This document shows positions 57,966-64,000 of a DNA stretch of 64,000 bases, one piece after another. The DNA lies in assembly GCA_963665235.2 (NCBI GenBank), contig CAXXLX010000001.1:1856001-1920000 (forward strand). The letters are read 5' to 3'. This DNA comes from Candidatus Poribacteria bacterium (GTDB lineage: Bacteria > Poribacteria > WGA-4E > WGA-3G). A model generated the notes under the pieces. That model did no database searches and had not been told where the DNA came from. It worked only from the letters and a program-made list of their open reading frames with translations. Every line of letters begins with the position of its first letter. The first letter of the stretch is position 1. Both the position numbers and the translations under genes were made by a program.

Positions 57966-60900
57966 TTATGGCGTTGTGATAATTAGCCATGTCACCAATT
58001 CAAAATCGCTGGAATCTGTAGGAGCCTCGGATGCGACAGGCAATCTGAAACCGCGCGGGCCGCCCCGCCCCAAATTTTGCCTTTGCGTCTTTTTATGTGA
58101 ACGTGTGATATGTGCAATAACAGTGTCCAGCAGCTTGTCGTAATCTTTCATATTGTTGCCGTGCTGGGTTTCTTGGTCGAATTGAAGGCATAACCTTTCT
58201 AATACCTCACGTTTTCCGACAGCGGAAGTTTCAAACAGCTCTAACACCTGTTTGGCGTTTGCACAGCCGTAGCGGATATCCCCGTTTTTGCGGATGTAGA
58301 CTGTATAATACGGATAGATGGGGCTCGGTGTTTTTTTCTCTTTGTCTGTTGTAGTGTTAAGTTGGCGTAGGAAGAAGATAACCCCGTTTTCCGTAGGATT
58401 GTTTCCGTTATCGGTAACCGCGTACGCCCCATCCGGCGTGTTTTCCAATTCTGCCCTATTTTTTTCCAGATATTTTAGCAGCTGTGCGAAGAAGTAATCC
58501 AGTGTGAAATCGCTTAGGACAACGCCATCAGAGAGTTCATCTAAATCCAACACCTCTTCCCGGAGCTGCTGCAGCTGTTTATCACGGAAATTGAGTTCCA
58601 TCTGTGCCTGTTGGTATGTAAATTCATTTAGCGGGTCATCATCGCCGCTTGCAGCGGTATCCGCGAGTGCCATACGAGCGGCGACGCGGCACTGTAATCG
58701 GAGATACACCTCCATGTCTTCGGTAGGCCAATAGTTAATCATTTTGACCGCTGTATTGCGGCTGCCGATTCGGTCAATCCGTCCAAACCGTTGAATGATA
58801 CGGACAGGATTCCAGTGAATATCGTAGTTCAGCACCGTATCACAATCCTGAAGGTTTTGCCCTTCGGAGATGCAGTCTGTAGCGATGAGAAGGTCTATGT
58901 TTTCAGTTGTGCTGTCGCTGCGGACTCTTGCGCGTGGAGCAAAGTTAGTTAGGATAGCGTTAAAGTTGTTTTGTCCACAAGTGGTTCGCGTCAGGTCCCC
59001 GGAGACCATCGCCATCTTCAGTCCTAATTCAGTAGCGAGGGGTGTCAATTGGTCATAAAGATAGAGTGCGGTATCTTTGAAGGTAGTGAAGATTAGCAGT
59101 TTGCGATTAGTTTTTCCATCCATATCGGTTGTTGGATTTTGTGCCTTGTTTCGGATGTGCACTTTAATTGCTTTAAGTTTTCCGTCCCTTTCAGGGCTAA
59201 TGGCTTTGACGTTGTCCCATGCGGCGGTTAAGGTTTTTTTATCCTTGATGAGGTCTTGCTTCCAACGGTTGCAATCTAATTCGCTGAGGTGGTACGGATT
59301 TTTGGCACGGTTGACTAAAAATTCCTCATCTTCCTCATCCTCATCGGGGAGGACATCGGCTTGTGCATCAGGTATATTGCGGTTTTGCTGGAACCGTTCG
59401 ATTTTTTCCAGCATTGTACCAATTTTATTGATGGTGCGTTCAAGCGTTTGGGAGAGGGAGTGTGCGGCACTCTCCAAACGTTTGAGGAAGTTGGTTTGCA
59501 TCATACCGATGAGGAATTTCTCACGGTCTTCCTGATTGAAGCGGAGTCTCTCTTTTTCATCTGCAAGTCGTTGTTTTGCGGCTGCGCTAACGACATAACT
59601 TGAGGGTCTATAAATAGACAGCGCAAATTCCCCTATCTGGTCCGTCAAAGCTTTGTAGGAGAGTGCGCCGGTGAGGTCGGTAGGCGGGTAGCAATTTTCT
59701 GGGTCGAGTTGTTGCGGAAATTCGCCTATTTTATCCATCTCTTCAGCATAGAATCGCTGGATATGTTTTCGGGAGCGAGCGATAGAAATTCCGCCGAGTA
59801 ATTGAAAAAAGTCCGCGCCCAATGTTTCAAAGAGTTGTGCCTTGTCTCTTATGTTGTTCTCGGTTGCTTTGTCTTCCCATGTCTTAAATGCTTTTTGTGC
59901 CTGCCGAATTAAATTGCCGATATTGCTTATGCCTAGGCTCTCTCTAAAGACATCCTCGCGTTTTTCAGTCATGAGATGGATTTGATTACGTAGGTCGGTA
60001 AGAGAGGTATTCACCGGGGTTGCGGAGAGCATCAACACTTTGGTTTTTGTTCCTGCCTTGATGACCTCCTCCAATAGGCGGGAATAGCGACTGTGTTTAA
60101 CGATGTTGTCATCGGCATCGCGAGTAGGTTTGGTATCGTTTCGGAAGTTATGCGATTCGTCGATGACGACTAGGTCAAAGTTGCGCCAGTTGAAATTTGC
60201 CAAATTGACTCCCCCAGCATCGCCGCTATAGCGGGAGAGGTCGGTATGTGATAACAACGTGTACCCGAATTTGTCCTCAAGGAACGGATTGGATTCTTGT
60301 GCATTGTGTGCGGGGTAGAGAGCCCAATTTTCATTTAGTTTTTTAGGGCAGAGGACGAGTACACGTTCGTTTCGCAATTCAAAGAATTTGATAACTGCAA
60401 GTGCCGTGTAGGTTTTTCCCAGGCCGACGCTATCTGCCAGGATACAACCGTTGTGACGTAATAGCCGGGCGATTACACTTTTCGCTCCCTCTTTTTGGAA
60501 TTCATACAACTTTTTCCAAATTTCTGTATCGTAGAGATGTGTATCTTCGAGGGTCTGTTCGTTCGTTTTTCGGGTTTTAATTTCTTCTCGGAACAGTTCG
60601 TAAAGGGTTTTGTAATAGATAAGTTCGGGTGGATGATTCCGCCCAAGCTGCTCCAATTTTGCAAGGACTATCTCTTTGACATCTTCAACCAGGGTATCGT
60701 CATTCCAGATTTCGTCGAACCACGCCTTGAGGTCTGTGCGGTCTCGGTCGCTGTCCACCTCAAGGTTAAGTTCAATGTTGCTGGTATCTGTGCTCAGTCC
60801 GAGCCCACGCATCGTAAAATTGGAGCTGCCGAGGATAGCTTTGTCTATGCCGTTGTTAGCGATGTGATACATTTTCCCATGGAGTAGATTAGATTTACGG

Positions 60901-61253
60901 GTCGTTCGGATTTCCACCTTCTCCTTTATCCATTCGGCACAAGCTTTGGCAAGCGGTTTTTGTCGGAGCTGCTGGTTGAGTTCCAACCCTGTATCCGTTA
61001 TGGTAAACGCCTTTCTGTCACTGTTTATCGGGTCGAGATGTTTGATAAAATCGGGTTCGCCGAATAGGAAGCGGAGTTCGTCTATTTTGTCTAAAGCGTG
61101 TTGCAACTTTTCATAGGCGTAGATGGTGAAATAGGCGGATACAATGGAGAGCGTGGAACCGTTTTGAATGTGCTGTTCTAGAAAATTATGAACCGTTCCG
61201 CGGCGGAGGTTGTCTCGGATAGCGGATTTGAGGCGTGGGTTTTTATCTGCCAT
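57966..61253 (-). CDS. PLD-nuclease + SNF2-type helicase associated with the R-M gene
   Basis: LHGKMY...GSSNFT (PLD), ADSVGLGKT, DESHNFRN, LSATP, SEGQNLQ and QRFGRIDRIG. Confidence 0.92.
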   Translation of the reverse strand: MADKNPRLKSAIRDNLRRGTVHNFLEQHIQNGSTLSIVSAYFTIYAYEKLQHALDKIDELRFLFGEPDFIKHLDPINSDRKAFTITDTGLELNQQLRQKPLAKACAEWIKEKVEIRTTRKSNLLHGKMYHIANNGIDKAILGSSNFTMRGLGLSTDTSNIELNLEVDSDRDRTDLKAWFDEIWNDDTLVEDVKEIVLAKLEQLGRNHPPELIYYKTLYELFREEIKTRKTNEQTLEDTHLYDTEIWKKLYEFQKEGAKSVIARLLRHNGCILADSVGLGKTYTALAVIKFFELRNERVLVLCPKKLNENWALYPAHNAQESNPFLEDKFGYTLLSHTDLSRYSGDAGGVNLANFNWRNFDLVVIDESHNFRNDTKPTRDADDNIVKHSRYSRLLEEVIKAGTKTKVLMLSATPVNTSLTDLRNQIHLMTEKREDVFRESLGISNIGNLIRQAQKAFKTWEDKATENNIRDKAQLFETLGADFFQLLGGISIARSRKHIQRFYAEEMDKIGEFPQQLDPENCYPPTDLTGALSYKALTDQIGEFALSIYRPSSYVVSAAAKQRLADEKERLRFNQEDREKFLIGMMQTNFLKRLESAAHSLSQTLERTINKIGTMLEKIERFQQNRNIPDAQADVLPDEDEEDEEFLVNRAKNPYHLSELDCNRWKQDLIKDKKTLTAAWDNVKAISPERDGKLKAIKVHIRNKAQNPTTDMDGKTNRKLLIFTTFKDTALYLYDQLTPLATELGLKMAMVSGDLTRTTCGQNNFNAILTNFAPRARVRSDSTTENIDLLIATDCISEGQNLQDCDTVLNYDIHWNPVRIIQRFGRIDRIGSRNTAVKMINYWPTEDMEVYLRLQCRVAARMALADTAASGDDDPLNEFTYQQAQMELNFRDKQLQQLREEVLDLDELSDGVVLSDFTLDYFFAQLLKYLEKNRAELENTPDGAYAVTDNGNNPTENGVIFFLRQLNTTTDKEKKTPSPIYPYYTVYIRKNGDIRYGCANAKQVLELFETSAVGKREVLERLCLQFDQETQHGNNMKDYDKLLDTVIAHITRSHKKTQRQNLGRGGPRGFRLPVASEAPTDSSDFELVTWLIITTP

Positions 61254-61320
61254 GTGGGAAACCTATATACAACGGGCGATGAATCGCCTTTAGGAGTGGG
61301 AAACCGTTTGCCCGAATAAT

Positions 61321-61390
61321 GTATCGCGTGCTAAGCACGCTCGGACAGAAGATAAGCACGGTATCGCGTGCTAAGCACGCTCCTACAGAA
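61321..61390. repeat. Two tandem REP-like palindromes
   Basis: GTATCGCGTGCTAAGCACGCTC..ACAGAAGA at 61321 and 61361. The second copy reads GTAG plus palindrome on the minus strand. Confidence 0.85.
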
Positions 61391-61432
61391 GAGGATTTCG
61401 GTCTTTTATAGCATAGGGTGTGTCCACGACTT

Positions 61433-62311
61433 TTAACCATCTTGGGCGGCTGCGCCACTGACAATTTCTGATATTTCTGTTGTGATTTGGGTTTGACGTG
61501 CTCTGTTACGTTGTAGGACCAATTCGTCGATGAGCTCTTTCGCTTTTTGGGTAGCGTTTTCCATCGCTGCCATTCGGGCGGCTTGCTCCGCTGCGTTGGA
61601 GTCTAATAACACCTTCCACATTTGCATGTTCAGATGCTTACCGAGCAGCATCTCAAAGAGTTCTACCTGCCCCGGTTCATAGATATAATCGAGAAAAAGT
61701 TCATCGCCTTCGGGGGTTTCAGGGACAAGGGGGAGCAGCTGCTCAACGAGTACTGTCTGGAGGATAGCAGATTTGAAGTTGTTATAGATAACCTCAACCT
61801 TGTCAATTTCTTTGTCGATATAGAGGTGTTCAAATTCATGAACGACATCGACAGCCGTTTGGAATTCAAGTTGGCGGAAGATATTGATGTATGCATCGGT
61901 GATGTCGTATCCGCGGCGTGAAAAATGTTCCTGTGTACGTCTGCCTATGCAGATAAGCGTCACGTCTGCACCGCCCTCCTGATAATGTTCTATCCGTTGT
62001 GTGGTGGTCCGGATGACGTTGCTGTTGAAACTTCCGCATAACCCCCGGTCGCCGGAGACAGAGATGATACAGACATGTTTGAGTTCTCGGACCTCAAGCA
62101 GGGGATGTGTCAACGCTTCTGTCTCAATGTCCATCTGTGAAATCAGATGTCCGAGGATAGTGTTGAGTTTATCTGCGTAGGGGCGCGTTGCGGTAATGTT
62201 TTCTTGTGCCCGACGGAGCCGCGCGGCAGCGACAACGCGCATTGCATCGGTCACCTGCTCAATGTTTTTAATACTGGCGATGCGTCGCCGAATTTCTCGT
62301 AGGGTTGCCAT
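61433..62311 (-). CDS. atpG: F1 ATP synthase subunit gamma
   Basis: LREIRRRI, DRGLCGSFN, ARMAAM.NAT and RQTQITTEISEI. Confidence 0.98.
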   Translation of the reverse strand: MATLREIRRRIASIKNIEQVTDAMRVVAAARLRRAQENITATRPYADKLNTILGHLISQMDIETEALTHPLLEVRELKHVCIISVSGDRGLCGSFNSNVIRTTTQRIEHYQEGGADVTLICIGRRTQEHFSRRGYDITDAYINIFRQLEFQTAVDVVHEFEHLYIDKEIDKVEVIYNNFKSAILQTVLVEQLLPLVPETPEGDELFLDYIYEPGQVELFEMLLGKHLNMQMWKVLLDSNAAEQAARMAAMENATQKAKELIDELVLQRNRARQTQITTEISEIVSGAAAQDG

Positions 62312-62313
62312 GG

Positions 62314-63918
62314 CTATTCACCTTCTGCCGGGGTTTCTTCTGTCGCTGGAGTGGCATCTTCAGATTGCGTGTCCTCTATTTGGATTTGCGGCATCGGTGT
62401 GTCACTCCAATTTTCCTTGAACGTTTTAACAGCAGCGTGTAAGGTTTGTAGCAATTCATCGCTCAGCACTCCGGTTTCCGAGATTTCGGAGAGGAGCTCC
62501 GCGTGATTCCTGTCGAGGTATTGCAGGAATTCTGCCTCAAACCGGGCGACTTCTGATTCTGGTACATCATCTAAGTAGCCGTTAGTGCCGCAGAAGATAG
62601 AGGCGACCTCGCGTTCAACAGGCATCGGTTGATATTGCGGTTGTTTTAGCAATTCCACGAGCCGTGCCCCGCGCAGGAGCAGCGATTGTGTTAATGCATC
62701 CAGATCGGACCCGAATTGTGCAAAGGCAGCAACCTCGCGGAAACTCGCCAAATCGAGTTTAAGGGTGCCCGCCACCTCATCGGCTTTCATGGCTTTTACC
62801 TGTGCGTCACCGCCAACACGCGAAACAGATATTCCGACATCAATTGCTGGTCTCACCCCTTTGTTGAATAGGTCCGTTGTGAGATATATCTGTCCATCGG
62901 TGATAGAGATAACGTTTGTGGGTATATAGGTAGTCAAGTCGCCTTCAAAGATTTCGATGATAGGGAGTGCGGTAAGGGAGCCGCCGCCCAATTCGTCGCT
63001 AAGTTTTGCAGCGCGTTCTAACAGGCGTGAGTGGAGATAAAAAACATCCCCGGGGTATGCTTCGCGCCCCGGTGGTCTACGTGAAAGGAGCGACATTTGG
63101 CGGTATGCCCATGCATGTTTCGTTAAGTCATCGTAGATGATGAGTGCATGTTTGCCGTTATCTCGGAAGTATTCGCCCATGGAGGTGCCAGAGTAGGGGG
63201 CGATATACTGGAGCGGAGAGGGGGCACTTGCAGCGGCGGAGACAATGGTCGTATACTCCATTGCATTGTGTTCCTGAAGGGTGTTTGCAACTTGTGCCAA
63301 CGTAGAGCCCTTTTGACCGACAGCGACATAGATGCAATAGACATCCGTGTTTTTCTGGCTCAGAATAGCATCTATTGCAATAGCAGTTTTGCCGGTTCGC
63401 CTATCCCCGATGATGAGTTCCCGCTGTCCTCTACCGATGGGTGTTAGGCTGTCAATCGCTTTTAATCCTGTGTAAAGCGGTTCACCGACCGGTTGCCGTT
63501 GAACGATGCCTAGTCCTTTCTGTTCGACGGGGAGTGTGTGTTCCGTATGGATTTCTCCCAATCCATCAATCGGTTGTCCGAGGGCATCGACGATGCGTCC
63601 GAGGAGGGCTTCGCCTACGGGTACTTCAGCGAGTCTTCCGGTGCGTTTGACGGTATCGCCTTCATGTATGAGTTGGTCTTCACCGAACAGTACGCACCCG
63701 ACGTTGTCCTCTTCAAGGTTAAAGGCGATGCCGTATATATCGTTTGGGAATTCAATCATTTCGCTTGCCATTGCGTTAGCAAGCCCATGCACCCGTGCGA
63801 TTCCATCGCCGACCTCGAGCACAGTGCCGGAGTCATAGATGTCTACGTCCTGTTCGAACTGTTGGAGCTGTTGTTTAAGGATATTTGATATTTCGTCCGG
63901 TCGGACTTCTCTTGCCAT
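62314..63918 (-). CDS. atpA: F1 ATP synthase subunit alpha
   Basis: [45 protein letters not shown] and SVSRVGG. Confidence 0.99.
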   Translation of the reverse strand: MAREVRPDEISNILKQQLQQFEQDVDIYDSGTVLEVGDGIARVHGLANAMASEMIEFPNDIYGIAFNLEEDNVGCVLFGEDQLIHEGDTVKRTGRLAEVPVGEALLGRIVDALGQPIDGLGEIHTEHTLPVEQKGLGIVQRQPVGEPLYTGLKAIDSLTPIGRGQRELIIGDRRTGKTAIAIDAILSQKNTDVYCIYVAVGQKGSTLAQVANTLQEHNAMEYTTIVSAAASAPSPLQYIAPYSGTSMGEYFRDNGKHALIIYDDLTKHAWAYRQMSLLSRRPPGREAYPGDVFYLHSRLLERAAKLSDELGGGSLTALPIIEIFEGDLTTYIPTNVISITDGQIYLTTDLFNKGVRPAIDVGISVSRVGGDAQVKAMKADEVAGTLKLDLASFREVAAFAQFGSDLDALTQSLLLRGARLVELLKQPQYQPMPVEREVASIFCGTNGYLDDVPESEVARFEAEFLQYLDRNHAELLSEISETGVLSDELLQTLHAAVKTFKENWSDTPMPQIQIEDTQSEDATPATEETPAEGE

Positions 63919-64000
63919 ATTTTTAACATTCCTTGCGGAGATTTTTGTTTTCTGATGTTATTCAACAGAGCCCTCCGCTGTAGCCTTTATTAACATTCCT

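Noticed and set aside
366-63888. Numerous 60-190-aa antisense or alternate-frame ORFs in the ORF track
   Set aside because: They overlap well-supported genes and lack motifs, so they are treated as shadow ORFs.
63919-64000. 3' end of atpH upstream of atpA
   Set aside because: No recognisable delta-subunit sequence appears in these 82 bp.

Overview
Bacterial chromosomal window. A Candidatus Poribacteria-like origin is inferred from the gene-family mix, not tested. About 1-46.7 kb is core and metabolic: a YitJ-type methionine enzyme, VIT/vWA proteins, nadB, valS, an lpxL-lptC-lptA-lptB-rpoN-hpf run, MATE, a multiheme cytochrome c, PhyH, a UGA-recoded DUF3179 selenoprotein, an acyl-CoA ligase, an M28 peptidase and a sugar epimerase. 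These genes are interspersed with several short palindromic repeat families and ORF-less elements bounded by IS200/IS605-type ends. About 46.8-61.3 kb is a minus-strand defence island directly downstream of atpA-atpG. It holds a PLD-SNF2 helicase, a type IIG-like restriction-modification gene broken by an ISAs1 (10-bp target duplication) and a 148-bp MITE (TTA duplication), and a series of small units (TIR-3TM-TIR, DUF932-like, a second 3TM copy, FRG-TPR). Each unit ends in the same TTGTCWGAATCRCGGATT-(9-mer)n repeat. Several single-base frameshifts (hpf, Gfo/Idh/MocA, valS start, R-M gene) suggest assembly indel errors. No tRNA, rRNA or CRISPR array was recognised. All calls are by eye; no database searches were run.
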